64,000 nucleotides of DNA, taken from positions 35,357-99,356 of IMG/VR virus record IMGVR_UViG_3300005573_000071; one strand, 5' to 3'. Below are positions 39,610-49,508 of the stretch, piece by piece; the first letter of the stretch is position 1; the number at the start of each line of letters is the position of its first letter. A program made the position numbers and the translations under genes. This DNA comes from a virus. Under the pieces are notes generated by a model. It saw only the letters and a list, made by a program, of their open reading frames with translations. It did no database searches and was not told where the DNA came from.

Positions 39610-40264
39610 AGCCAGATTCGGTTTCTCGATACTAGACTTTCCGCAGAAGTCTTCGCTAGCCGCAGAACGAGGAACGTATTTGCATGATGTCTTCCATAAA
39701 GTTATTACTGCTGATGCTTCTGTAGCATCGTTGCCTCCTCGTTCCCCGTATAACGATGATCTCACACAGTTTCAAACGAAGATTCAAGAGTGGTGGAATA
39801 GTTACACCAAACAAATTGTTCTAGCAGAACAGAGATTACAAATACCTATCGATGGAAGCTTCATACTTAGTGGAAAGCCAGACGTAATTGTGCAGCTAGA
39901 GGACACAACACTAAAAATAATTGACTTAAAAACGGGAAAGGATGTAGAGCACTACCTCTATTCATCCCAGCTTCCTTTGTATAGTTTCTTAGTCACTTAT
40001 TCACTAAAACTTCCAAAACCGCCAATTCGTGTATCTATACTGAATGTCGAAGGTATGGAGTACGAACGAACGTTAAGCACATCTGACTTCGAGTATGCGT
40101 ACACATTAGCTCAACTGGGTGTGAAGCTGATCAATCGCGGTGTATTCCAGAAATCATTCGGGTGTTCGTATTGTGATTTCTATGAATATTGTATAGAAAT
40201 AACTAAGAACTATATAACATTTGAACAACTAAAACAACTAAGGGACAGAGCGACCAAGGAGTAA
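39560..40264 (+). CDS. PD-(D/E)XK exonuclease (Cas4/RecB-like)
   Basis: RGTYLH, E, GKPD, IIDLKTG, QLPLY, CSYCDF..YC. Confidence 0.85.
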   Translation: MSNVIRVTNLEFLTTCEARFGFSILDFPQKSSLAAERGTYLHDVFHKVITADASVASLPPRSPYNDDLTQFQTKIQEWWNSYTKQIVLAEQRLQIPIDGSFILSGKPDVIVQLEDTTLKIIDLKTGKDVEHYLYSSQLPLYSFLVTYSLKLPKPPIRVSILNVEGMEYERTLSTSDFEYAYTLAQLGVKLINRGVFQKSFGCSYCDFYEYCIEITKNYITFEQLKQLRDRATKE

Positions 40265-40278
40265 GAAATGGAGGTGCA

Positions 40279-40707
40279 ATGGAAGACTTACTAGTTTACT
40301 CTGAAAAATCTAAATTTCCTTCGAAAGGCTATGACGACGATGCAGGAATCGATCTCTACATCTACGAAGACATTACGTTCCAACCTCTCGAAACAAAAGA
40401 ACTGCCAATTGATACACGTATTCTGATTCCGAAGAACTATTTTGGTTACATAGTACCACGCTCATCGTATAGGAGACTAGGCCTAGTAGCGTTAGCAATC
40501 ATCGATGCTAATTATACAGGAGAACTTCGAGTTGTGACTACATATGTAGGCAAACAGCCACTTACGCTAAAAGCAGGCGAACGTCCCGTACAATTGATTC
40601 TCTTACCCGTTCATTACGCCCGACTTACGAGTGTGAAGTCTATCGAAGAGTTTAAGGTTGATGGGAATATGAGAGGTGACTGTGGACTAGGAAGCACTGG
40701 AAGGTAG
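40279..40707 (+). CDS. dut: dUTPase
   Basis: DAGIDL, PRSS, IDANYTGE, RGDCGLGSTG. Confidence 0.93.
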   Translation: MEDLLVYSEKSKFPSKGYDDDAGIDLYIYEDITFQPLETKELPIDTRILIPKNYFGYIVPRSSYRRLGLVALAIIDANYTGELRVVTTYVGKQPLTLKAGERPVQLILLPVHYARLTSVKSIEEFKVDGNMRGDCGLGSTGR

Positions 40708-40712
40708 GAAAA

Positions 40713-41099
40713 ATGCATACATTCATAGTAACTACATCGTTAGAGTTTCTCTTTGCAGTCGTAGTCTTAACAAAGTTCGTATTGCCTGAGTCAGTTTCTA
40801 ACACCGCAATCATTATATACTTACTCTTACGAACATGGCTATCACTCTCATACATATTTGGTGCGAAGATTTGTGCTGGATATCTGAAAGCGAGATTTCC
40901 ACGAACCGCATTCGTAGACTTCGTACGAGATTCGAATATGTACGCATCTGTAACAGCGGGTGTTCTCGCTGGTGTACTACACACTATAGGAATACTCCCG
41001 TTACTTTTCGCTGCTCTGTACTTCCTAACGGTTGCTCTCAATCAATTAGGATATGTAGTTATCCTATACGTATACGATAAAGTAGAGCCGATACACTAG
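40713..41099 (+). CDS. multi-pass membrane protein
   Basis: Three or four hydrophobic segments. Confidence 0.6.
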   Translation: MHTFIVTTSLEFLFAVVVLTKFVLPESVSNTAIIIYLLLRTWLSLSYIFGAKICAGYLKARFPRTAFVDFVRDSNMYASVTAGVLAGVLHTIGILPLLFAALYFLTVALNQLGYVVILYVYDKVEPIH

Positions 41100-41116
41100 A
41101 CGGAGGGGGAAGCGAA

Positions 41117-41647
41117 GTGAATAAGAGTGCGAAGATCGTAGACTTCGTTCTAGTGTTATTATCTAAGCACCCAGACGGGCTTGCGGCAAGAGATATTCTT
41201 AACGAAGTTCAGAAGACGTTCGGGATCACAGCCGTAGCCTTCCGACTTCTAGCCAACCGTTATCTGAAAGACAAAGTAACAAAAACGATTATGCGACAAG
41301 GTAATAAATTTGATGGTTGGCTATGGAAAGTCAAAACTGCTAACGATAACAACGGTAACGACAACCTCTCAACTTATAGGAATCGTTGGGTAGAATACGC
41401 GAGAGTTATATTAGATAACTATACTAACGGTGACATGCAGCCTCGTTGTCGTACGTGCAGATTTCTTAAACACGATAGCAAACTGATTTGGTGTGAGCTC
41501 TCGAAGCTAGGAGGACAAGCATTCGATATCGTAAAGATGAAAGAAGAACTTAATCGAAACAAGGCGGGGTCTTTCTCGAGTGAGCTCATCGAATTCGGCA
41601 GAATGCTAAAGAAATATGAACGATGTAGAGTATACGAAGAGAAGTAA
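41117..41647 (+). CDS. winged-helix plus Cys-cluster protein
   Basis: HPDGLAARDIL wHTH-like start; CRTC..C..C. Confidence 0.5.
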   Translation: MNKSAKIVDFVLVLLSKHPDGLAARDILNEVQKTFGITAVAFRLLANRYLKDKVTKTIMRQGNKFDGWLWKVKTANDNNGNDNLSTYRNRWVEYARVILDNYTNGDMQPRCRTCRFLKHDSKLIWCELSKLGGQAFDIVKMKEELNRNKAGSFSSELIEFGRMLKKYERCRVYEEK

Positions 41648-41744
41648 ACAAAACTAATCACCATTCTGCAGAAACTATTCTACGTAGGCCTCAGTATACG
41701 CATTTTTATTCCATAAATAAACAAAAACAAGCAGGAGGGCTAAA

Positions 41745-42743
41745 ATGTATACGCTTCAGCAGGTCTCGGGCGACGAGATCATAACAAATCGGGAGGTATA
41801 TGAACCTCATCTTCCAACGTTAGTAGACGTGTTGAACCTATCACGTGTCAAAAGAAAGCCGGAGCTCCTTTTCTCGTTATTGGAAGGGCCTAAGTTCAGA
41901 AACCTCAAATTTAGTATGTTAACATACGAAGGTAAAATGATAGGTTTTACAAAATATACGAACTATCCTTGCGAAACTGCAACTACGTGGGCTAAGATAC
42001 TTACAGACCACGGCTTCATTACTCGAGACTTTCGTACGTGGATTGCTGACGCTCCAACTCCTCTCTCAAATGAAATCGAGGTCTTCAAAAATGAGATGTT
42101 TAAAGTAAACAGGCATATTATAGTAGACTTCCTATCCAGAAAATGGACTGAGTTCACATCTCTACTCCGAATGGTTTGTGTAAACAGAGCATACTTCCCA
42201 GAGAAGTCATACTCATATAATACGTTTCTGGATAAGAACGTGAATCTCCAACAACTTGTTACAAAACCAAACACGACGATACCAACAGTAATGCAACTAC
42301 GTGCCCACCTAAGAGCACTAGTTAATGAGAAAGCAGTTGCTGAAGATATCCTTACAGCATACTCCGCAGTAAAGTCGCTACCAGAGCAACCAGAGCATCA
42401 TAACACACTTAAAGAAGCTCTTCTCGATATCTTCGAAGCGTATGAACTACACACACAACCAACGTCATCTGTTGACTCAGAAAACAGGCGTATCTTTGCT
42501 GTACAGATCCAGCCTTTAGATTGGAGAAGGACTGCAATTCACGATACGCTAAAGAAATGGGATGTATGGAACCACGCAACATACATAATCTCTCGTGCAG
42601 AAGAAAGCGGTGTGGATATCGATGTGATACGAGCAGCTAACGTTAAAGTCAGTGCGATACTCAGTGTAAAACAACCAATAGTGATAGCTCGAAAGAAAGA
42701 GATGCCGCAGCCACCACTAACAACAGAATCAGCACAAGTATAA
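41745..42743 (+). CDS. hypothetical protein (DUF932-like features)
   Basis: LRMVCVN and WDVWNHATY resemble DUF932-type motifs. Confidence 0.45.
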   Translation: MYTLQQVSGDEIITNREVYEPHLPTLVDVLNLSRVKRKPELLFSLLEGPKFRNLKFSMLTYEGKMIGFTKYTNYPCETATTWAKILTDHGFITRDFRTWIADAPTPLSNEIEVFKNEMFKVNRHIIVDFLSRKWTEFTSLLRMVCVNRAYFPEKSYSYNTFLDKNVNLQQLVTKPNTTIPTVMQLRAHLRALVNEKAVAEDILTAYSAVKSLPEQPEHHNTLKEALLDIFEAYELHTQPTSSVDSENRRIFAVQIQPLDWRRTAIHDTLKKWDVWNHATYIISRAEESGVDIDVIRAANVKVSAILSVKQPIVIARKKEMPQPPLTTESAQV

Positions 42744-42757
42744 TTGTTAACGTAATA

Positions 42758-43486
42758 ATGTTAGTTCTTCGTAATCTTACAGGACGTTGGATCAGAGAGG
42801 ACGAGTTTCGAACAAACTGTCCTTTCTGTAGTGATACGAAAGAACATCTTTACGTGTCTACATCGAAACGTTGTTTTTACTGCTTCCGTTGTGGTATTCG
42901 TGGAAGATATGAAACTGATAATTCACCACAACAGAAGCAGACTCCTAAACATATACTCGAGAACTTCGATCTTCGTCAACCTTCACAACAACATATACAA
43001 TATCTTCAGACTCGCTTACGACCAACGGAGATACTACAATTCAGACCAATGAGCTGTCCGATATATCCGTCTTATGTATTCTCGTTATTCTCACGTCCGA
43101 TAGTAGGTAGAGCAATAGATGACACCGAGCCAAAATACAGAATTCTCTCGAAAGAAGAGCTCCGTTTGTTCGGGCATGAATATGTTGACTTCAACGAGCC
43201 GCTTATTCTAGTAGAAGGAATCTTCGATCTATTCGCAGTCAGACGTAGCTATCCGAATGTGGTCGCACTACTTGGAAAACAGATCTCTAAACCGACATTC
43301 ACATTTCTAGCGTGCAAACGTCCAACACAAATACTAATACTTCTAGATAGTGACGTCAAAGAAAAAGAAGTACAGAAACTTGCAAATACTATCTCACAAA
43401 TCACGGATGTTCGAATTATCAAATTAGAAGGAGGTGATCCATGGGACAACAGAGATCTAAACTTCTCCCAATTCGTGAGAGATTAA
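42758..43486 (+). CDS. DNA primase (Zn finger plus TOPRIM)
   Basis: CPFC..H..CFRC, LVEGIFD, LDSD. Confidence 0.9.
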   Translation: MLVLRNLTGRWIREDEFRTNCPFCSDTKEHLYVSTSKRCFYCFRCGIRGRYETDNSPQQKQTPKHILENFDLRQPSQQHIQYLQTRLRPTEILQFRPMSCPIYPSYVFSLFSRPIVGRAIDDTEPKYRILSKEELRLFGHEYVDFNEPLILVEGIFDLFAVRRSYPNVVALLGKQISKPTFTFLACKRPTQILILLDSDVKEKEVQKLANTISQITDVRIIKLEGGDPWDNRDLNFSQFVRD

Positions 43487-43770
43487 TACAAATACTCGAG
43501 CCGCTACTTGACACTCTCGAACGAAAACATATCGAATACGGAGACACATATACGGTTACGACAGAAGTACTATGTGTTCTCTTTCGACACAAAATCGAAA
43601 ACGGAAAGTTCGTTTTCTCACGCGAAGATCTTCAGCATATGCTCGCGATTACACGAACAATCGACAAACTCTGTAGAGTTACTCACGGCAATAAAGGAGA
43701 AGAAAACGCGTGGCTAGACATAGCCGGCTATGCGCTACTAGAGCTGCAACGAGCTCTAGACGAAGAATGA
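43441..43770 (+). CDS. nucleotide-modification-associated alpha-helical domain protein (Nmad1/DUF6378-like)
   Basis: RKHIEYGD..DKLCR..WLDIAGYA. Confidence 0.7.
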   Translation: MGQQRSKLLPIRERLIQILEPLLDTLERKHIEYGDTYTVTTEVLCVLFRHKIENGKFVFSREDLQHMLAITRTIDKLCRVTHGNKGEENAWLDIAGYALLELQRALDEE

Positions 43771-43777
43771 AACAAAA

Positions 43778-44575
43778 ATGGAGGAAGTAATGTCACAGCA
43801 AAAACAAACAGCACCATCATCAAACTACTTAAAGGAGTTTTTAGATGGTACAACTGTCTCACAGAGCGCTAGTTATTTTGTACCACAAATGGGACAAAAC
43901 TTAATCAGAATCGTTGTGAAAGGCACACCAATTACGCAGATGAGAGAGCACTTCATTAAATGGAGTGCAGCTTGCTTCGGACAGAGATGTCCTATCTGCT
44001 ATATCGCGTCAAAGTACAATCTCCAAGATTGGGCTGCAAGAGAAATGAGAATGGTATACGTTGCCGACCTTACGAATCCACAACCACTTATCAAGCTCTT
44101 CTCATTTGGGCCGATGATAGCAAGTAAACTTAATTTACTTGCGAGAAACTACGACATACTCGATCCAAAGCACGGAATTGTGCTACTGCTCCAAAGGACA
44201 GGACAAGGAAGAAATACAAAATACGAAATACTTCCGAAAGAGCCTTTAGACTTAACATCACTCCCGGATTACAACATAGAATATGAATCCTTAATACCAC
44301 TTGAAGAAATACCACAGAAAAGAATAGAAGAAACAAAGTCTTCACTTATCAGGAATTTCGAAGCTTACCTACCGCCAGATATATTCAACGCAGTTGTCAC
44401 AGACCTAAAGGAGCGTGGGTATCTCCAAATGCTTGACATCGATGAATCACTCGTTGGTCTCGATTCAACACCGCAAACTCTACAGACAACCGAGCCGCCA
44501 CTCATAGGGTCTCAACCTACGATCGAAGACATTCAGAGCGTACAAGACATTCTCAAGAAACTTAAGAAACAATAA
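43778..44575 (+). CDS. single-stranded DNA-binding protein (gp32-like)
   Basis: H..C..CPIC Zn site, DPKHG..RTGQGRNTKY; adjacent to recA. Confidence 0.75.
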   Translation: MEEVMSQQKQTAPSSNYLKEFLDGTTVSQSASYFVPQMGQNLIRIVVKGTPITQMREHFIKWSAACFGQRCPICYIASKYNLQDWAAREMRMVYVADLTNPQPLIKLFSFGPMIASKLNLLARNYDILDPKHGIVLLLQRTGQGRNTKYEILPKEPLDLTSLPDYNIEYESLIPLEEIPQKRIEETKSSLIRNFEAYLPPDIFNAVVTDLKERGYLQMLDIDESLVGLDSTPQTLQTTEPPLIGSQPTIEDIQSVQDILKKLKKQ

Positions 44576-44640
44576 GTAGTAATTGTCAGAAGGAAGAGGA
44601 TAGCATTCTCTTCCTTCTTTCTGAATAAGAAGGAGGAACT

Positions 44641-45912
44641 ATGACATCCCTATTCGAAAAACTACAGATTCCTACAGTAGAAGAAACAGATGTCTCTGAA
44701 GTAACAGAAGTTATACCAACAAATATAATTCCGTTAGACATCGCATTAGGTATAGGCGGATTTCCCAGAGGTAGATTATCTGCTATTGTTGGAACTTATA
44801 GCACAGGCAAAAGTTCGATAGGCGTAATCTTAGCAAGAAACAATCTACGATTAGGCGGAAAGACGTTGATAATCGATACCGAGTTCACATATGAAAAGTT
44901 CAGACTAACTCAATTCAACGTTCCTATCAAGTCGAAAGATATTGCTGTATTACAGAATTGGAGGGGAGACGTACTGACCGCAGAGAAGACTGAGTCAATC
45001 TTAATCACAACGTTGAAAGTTGCTAAACCTGAGGATAAACTGTTAATCGTTTGGGACACCATAAGTAGTACGCCTCTAGAAGCTGAACTTACAGAACGTG
45101 AAGATAAAGACAAACTAATGGGAAGACATTCGCGTATTCTCTCTCGTCTTCTTCGTACGATACCAAAAGATATAGCAGAAAAGAATGTCACAATTGTGAT
45201 GATCGTGCAGCCAAAGATCGATCCTATGACGGGCACAACAACCTACTTAGGCGAGAAACCTATTAAGTTCCACTCTTCGATATTAGTGAACTTAAGTCGA
45301 TACTCAAAAGATGAATCAAAGATGGTAGTAGGATTCGACGTACAGAAAAACAAGTGTGCTCCACCATTCACAAAAGGTAAATTTACACTCTATCTTCATT
45401 CTGGTATTGACTATATATCTGGTTGGGATGCAGCTGTAGGTAAAGCTACAGCATTTTATCAATTAGGGGACGTTAGTGTAAAACGTACTGAGAGCGGACT
45501 TCTTTTGCTCAAGAAGAAAACTTTAATTGAGACGATGATCACAGAGAAACTTTTCAGAAGAATTCCATATCGAATACTCTTAGAAGAAAATGATGTGTAC
45601 GCCTACCGACCAACGACTAATGATACAAATAAGATCAAAGAAAATGATGTGCACGTCTATCAATTAGCGACTAATGATATAAATGAGATCAAAGAAAATG
45701 ATGTGTACGCCCACCAACTAGCAGTTAATAATATAAATAAGATCGAAGATGCTATGTACAACGATGATGCACACGCCTGTCAATCAACGACTAATGATAC
45801 AAATGATACACACAACGATAATACACACAACTCTAGTGCGTTCGACTATGATACGTACGACTATGATACGTACGACTATGACGCGGGCGACTTTGATGCG
45901 TTCGACGACTAA
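44641..45912 (+). CDS. recA: RecA/UvsX-like recombinase with repetitive acidic tail
   Basis: LDIALGIGGFPRGR, Walker A GTYSTGKS, IDTE, IVWDTI, KFHSS, KNKCAPPF. Confidence 0.92.
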   Translation: MTSLFEKLQIPTVEETDVSEVTEVIPTNIIPLDIALGIGGFPRGRLSAIVGTYSTGKSSIGVILARNNLRLGGKTLIIDTEFTYEKFRLTQFNVPIKSKDIAVLQNWRGDVLTAEKTESILITTLKVAKPEDKLLIVWDTISSTPLEAELTEREDKDKLMGRHSRILSRLLRTIPKDIAEKNVTIVMIVQPKIDPMTGTTTYLGEKPIKFHSSILVNLSRYSKDESKMVVGFDVQKNKCAPPFTKGKFTLYLHSGIDYISGWDAAVGKATAFYQLGDVSVKRTESGLLLLKKKTLIETMITEKLFRRIPYRILLEENDVYAYRPTTNDTNKIKENDVHVYQLATNDINEIKENDVYAHQLAVNNINKIEDAMYNDDAHACQSTTNDTNDTHNDNTHNSSAFDYDTYDYDTYDYDAGDFDAFDD

Positions 45913-45935
45913 TGATATAAATGAGATCGAAGAAG
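45586..45935 (+). repeat. degenerate 54-bp and 15-bp tandem repeats at recA 3' end
   Basis: GAAAATGATGTG recurs every 54 bp (45586, 45640, 45694); GACTATGATACGTAC repeated near 45844-45880. Confidence 0.85.
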
Positions 45936-46015
45936 ATGTTGAAAACGTTGTAGAAGAGAATGTCGAACAATAAAAAGTATGATGTATACCTTTAGTATAT
46001 AGTATTTACGAAGAT

Positions 46016-46074
46016 CCTTACTACGAAGAGTTCCTTTCTACTATCCTCTATAGTAATAACTCTTCGTAGTAGGG
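46016..46074 (+). promoter_or_regulatory. long stem-loop upstream of the dpdA-like/queE genes
   Basis: 14-bp perfect stem TACTACGAAGAGTT/AACTCTTCGTAGTA plus inner TACTAT/ATAGTA stem; no U-tract. Confidence 0.6.
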
Positions 46075-46119
46075 AGGAAGTAATGTTATTATTGCCAAAA
46101 CTACGAAAGAGGTGAAGAC

Positions 46120-46812
46120 ATGATAATTCATCATCGGATCCCGTTTGAACACAAACACCTTACTAAGAATATAGCAGTTATAGCAAGTGACTATCAAAAT
46201 GATGCTCGTTGGAGAGATTGGCTACAATCTTCTGATAGACTTAACCATAAAATCTTCTTTGATAACGCTGTCTTTGAGCATTGTCCGATTTCTATCGACC
46301 AGTATTTGAAAGCTGTCAACGAAGTCAAACCTATTCTATGGATTCTCCCGGATATATTCAACGATCCAAAAGGTACTATATCACTTACAAAAAGTATCTT
46401 ACCCTCACTTTCGGATTCACAGAAAGCTACTGCAGCTCTTGTAATATCATCGATTAGGCTTGACTATCTTGATGGATTAGCAGAGATACTAACTTCAGGT
46501 ATCTCTTGGGTTGGTGTGCCATATGTACCTAACATAGAAAGGTTCAGTGTAGTAGCACATATTATCTCTCTATTTCCATCTGTCAAAATACACTTGCTTG
46601 GTGCACTCTCTCCTTTTGAACTGCGACTCTATCGTAAAATCAAAAACGTCAAAAGCTGTGACACTTCGATAGCACTTACTACATCCGCAAAGTCACAGTT
46701 ATTCATAAATAACGAATGGCACAAAGAGACAGTTATCGACGTATCCAACTATAAAGATATAGACACAAACTACTTCGTTCAAAATATGAAATTTCTAGAG
46801 GAGGGAGTATAG
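46120..46812 (+). CDS. TGT-fold protein, DpdA-like DNA 7-deazaguanine transglycosylase candidate
   Basis: FFDNAVFE, ILPD, IHLLG, SCDTS; overlaps queE. Confidence 0.6.
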   Translation: MIIHHRIPFEHKHLTKNIAVIASDYQNDARWRDWLQSSDRLNHKIFFDNAVFEHCPISIDQYLKAVNEVKPILWILPDIFNDPKGTISLTKSILPSLSDSQKATAALVISSIRLDYLDGLAEILTSGISWVGVPYVPNIERFSVVAHIISLFPSVKIHLLGALSPFELRLYRKIKNVKSCDTSIALTTSAKSQLFINNEWHKETVIDVSNYKDIDTNYFVQNMKFLEEGV

Positions 46813-47441
46813 TGCAACATTCATTAGCAGAATACTTTATAAGTATTCAAGGAGAAGCGTTCTGGGTAGGCAGACGTGCTCTCTTTCTTCGCTACACAGA
46901 GTGTAATCTGAACTGCTCATTTTGTGATACTCCACAGAAAGCAATTCAGAATTATAGTCTTACTATACAAGATATACAAAAAACTGTAGAAGAATCAAAT
47001 ATTAAACATCTTGTTATAACTGGTGGAGAACCGTTTCTCAAGAAAGACTGCTTAGACGAAGTTCTCGAGACATTCTCAACGCTTACGATCGAGATCGAGA
47101 CAAACGGCCTGTTGATTCCGCAACTATACGAGCTACGACCTAATGTGTATCTCAACGTGTCGCCAAAGGTAGTATTTGCTTCTCTCTATTCGAAAGAACA
47201 CTTACAGTATCTAGCATCTCTACCCCGCACGATCTTTAAGTTTCCTGTGGATAAGTCCTCGTTATCAGCAACTCTTAATTTTATCGACGTAATGGGATTA
47301 GATCCCGACAAAATCTACCTGATGCCTCTTAGCAGGAACTACACGGAATATATACTGAATGCGGATATTGTCCTTAAAGAAGCGATCGAGAGAGGCTTCA
47401 ACTTCTCACCCAGACTTCATTTGATTCAAAACGTAAAGTAA
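46812..47441 (+). CDS. queE: 7-carboxy-7-deazaguanine synthase (radical SAM)
   Basis: SIQGE, CNLNCSFCDT, ITGGEP, IETNG, VSPK, SPRLH. Confidence 0.95.
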   Translation: MQHSLAEYFISIQGEAFWVGRRALFLRYTECNLNCSFCDTPQKAIQNYSLTIQDIQKTVEESNIKHLVITGGEPFLKKDCLDEVLETFSTLTIEIETNGLLIPQLYELRPNVYLNVSPKVVFASLYSKEHLQYLASLPRTIFKFPVDKSSLSATLNFIDVMGLDPDKIYLMPLSRNYTEYILNADIVLKEAIERGFNFSPRLHLIQNVK

Positions 47442-47459
47442 TTTAGAACGGAGGTAAAT

Positions 47460-47729
47460 ATGGAAGAGCAAAAACTTACAAACGTATCTGATGTACCATA
47501 TCCATTAATTACTGAAGGGCAACCAAAGTCAACAATTGTAGCTAAAACAAAAGAATGGATTGGGCGCAAATTCGGTATAGTAGTTATGTGGATTCTCATC
47601 GGTATGTTCCTAGGTTCTTTTATCTCATATAAATTCTTCCAGTGGCGAATCAACGAGAGTATTCAAGTAGGTGGATTTGTGTACGAGCATAAAGTTTACG
47701 ACGTAACTGAAAGACTTCTGAAGAAATGA
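47460..47729 (+). CDS. single-pass membrane protein
   Basis: One TM segment; directly upstream of the transglycosylase. Confidence 0.6.
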   Translation: MEEQKLTNVSDVPYPLITEGQPKSTIVAKTKEWIGRKFGIVVMWILIGMFLGSFISYKFFQWRINESIQVGGFVYEHKVYDVTERLLKK

Positions 47730-48217
47730 TGTTCATTGTAAGAGTAGGTATAAGTGGAGTTGTCTTCGTGCTATCACTTCTCTTGTGGCTACAGACGTCT
47801 GTACTTATAACACCATTCAATCCGAGTATTCCTGAAAACATAGAAGTAGATCGAATCTCTCAGTTCTTTCGGATTCAGACAACGTTAGCTCAAAAGATTG
47901 TAGAGATTAGCAGAGATGAAGGACTCCCACCATCACTAGTAGCAGCACTTATCTACTCGGAATCTTCATTTCGTCCGAATGCTGTCTCTCCGAAGAACTA
48001 CTACGGACTTACACAAGTTCCTTGGCATATTCCTTATCAAGACATCAATATACGATTGGGCATCCGAATTCTTAAGGAGAAATTACGGATAACTAGAGGA
48101 GACCTTCTAACCGCTCTCAAACTCTACAAAGGCTACGAGCTCAACGATCCAAGAGGGCACGAACAAGCGCAGAAAGTGATTAACCTAATGAAACAACTCG
48201 AACGCCAACAACGATAG
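47726..48217 (+). CDS. lytic transglycosylase (SLT) with N-terminal anchor
   Basis: ALIYSESSFRPNAVS..GLTQV, NIRLG, AL..Y. Confidence 0.88.
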   Translation: MMFIVRVGISGVVFVLSLLLWLQTSVLITPFNPSIPENIEVDRISQFFRIQTTLAQKIVEISRDEGLPPSLVAALIYSESSFRPNAVSPKNYYGLTQVPWHIPYQDINIRLGIRILKEKLRITRGDLLTALKLYKGYELNDPRGHEQAQKVINLMKQLERQQR

Positions 48218-48245
48218 TTTTCAACTAGAAAAATTACTTATAAGA

Positions 48246-48659
48246 ATGGAGGGCAAAACAGTGTTAAGGTTACTACCTTTACTTCTCTTCTTAGTTTTAT
48301 TATTAGGAGGATGTAGCGGAAAGAGTAACGATACTATGCAAGCAAAACCCCCAGAACTTCCGCAAATACTACAATTCGAAGAGTTTGGAACACGAATAAC
48401 ATTTCACACAAATTCACTTGAATATTACATCACGAATGAAGGATTAAGTGTAAAAACTCCTCCTCTCTCAGGGTATGATTGGGCTATTCATATCGATTGT
48501 CATTATGGTACATACTTTCTCTATAAAAGCGAGTTCGTAAATGGTGAACTCGTTGGACAACATATTACTCGAACTTTTCCTCGTTTAGATCCTAAAAACC
48601 TAGTGGAAAGAGTTTGTGAATATGCTCTCTTTAGAGCAAAACAAGGAGAAGAAAAATGA
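48246..48659 (+). CDS. lipoprotein
   Basis: Lipobox LGGC; true start probably GTG 48261. Confidence 0.75.
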   Translation: MEGKTVLRLLPLLLFLVLLLGGCSGKSNDTMQAKPPELPQILQFEEFGTRITFHTNSLEYYITNEGLSVKTPPLSGYDWAIHIDCHYGTYFLYKSEFVNGELVGQHITRTFPRLDPKNLVERVCEYALFRAKQGEEK

Positions 48660-49066
48660 AACGCCTACTAACATTAGCAATTTTATTTCTAGTACTAACA
48701 CTCGTTGGATGTAAACAGCTACGTGCTAATACTCAACATCCGACAATTAAGATCGATGACTATAAAATTACGTTACTCACGCAATACGCGGTCTTCTCAT
48801 ACAGATATGAATTTTCACCAACGCTACAAGTCAGCATTCCCGGAGTAATCGTATCCCAAAATCAGAACGTTAACGTTATAATCGATTGTACACACAAGCG
48901 TATAAGAGCTGAGAGACAAATTGAGAAATACGATCTATATTTCGACAGAAGAGAGACTGTCACATCTGCAAAGTTCTCACAAGTTAATAATAAAGACAGA
49001 GAACTGCTCGAGAAAGCATGCGAAGGCGCAGCAAAAAACGTACAAAGAGCTGCGTTAGGTCTCTAA
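48656..49066 (+). CDS. lipoprotein
   Basis: MKR + hydrophobic core + LVGC lipobox. Confidence 0.8.
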   Translation: MKRLLTLAILFLVLTLVGCKQLRANTQHPTIKIDDYKITLLTQYAVFSYRYEFSPTLQVSIPGVIVSQNQNVNVIIDCTHKRIRAERQIEKYDLYFDRRETVTSAKFSQVNNKDRELLEKACEGAAKNVQRAALGL

Positions 49067-49078
49067 TGGAGAACGTAT

Positions 49079-49303
49079 ATGTATACAGAATCAACAACAA
49101 TATTACAATACGGACCCGGATCTAATTACGGTTATGTATGTGGTGGATATACGCACGGTAATACTAACGACAGTATCTCCACTATAGACCGCTTTCAGTT
49201 TCCATTCGATAGTGGTACCGCAAATTATGTAGGTAATTCGAGTGGAAGTAGAGATGCATTAAGCGCTACCGATGGAGTAGACTTTACGACAATGTTTGTA
49301 TGA
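49079..49303 (+). CDS. Kelch-like propeller family member, 1 blade
   Basis: Same N-cap (YGPGSNYGYVCGG) and C-cap (ATDGVDF.TMFV) as the 53.5-58.5 kb genes, with a single repeat. Confidence 0.8.
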   Translation: MYTESTTILQYGPGSNYGYVCGGYTHGNTNDSISTIDRFQFPFDSGTANYVGNSSGSRDALSATDGVDFTTMFV

Positions 49304-49325
49304 TCAAAATAAAGGAGGGACATAA

Positions 49326-49508
49326 ATGACATATGAACATATGAAGAATCTGAAAAAAATATTGAGTGTCTTACTCAAAGACGAAGAGGTCGAGCAAGAA
49401 CAAATACCGATCACAGAAAAACAACCTACGCAACTTAACTTGTTTGACGACATAGAGAACGAAAAAGAAGTACATAGAAAAACCAATGAAGATCGAAGTC
49501 AGAGATGA
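49326..49508 (+). CDS. small hypothetical protein
   Basis: AGGAGG RBS; contains QLNLF, a clamp-binding-like motif. Confidence 0.5.
   Translation: MTYEHMKNLKKILSVLLKDEEVEQEQIPITEKQPTQLNLFDDIENEKEVHRKTNEDRSQR

Noticed and set aside
36883-40707. Uracil-containing genome as in AR9/PBS1
   Set aside because: The phage encodes dUTPase and a UDG domain, both of which exclude uracil from DNA
45586-45935. Mini-CRISPR at the recA 3' end
   Set aside because: Units are degenerate in-frame 54-bp tandem repeats with related, not unique, intervening sequence
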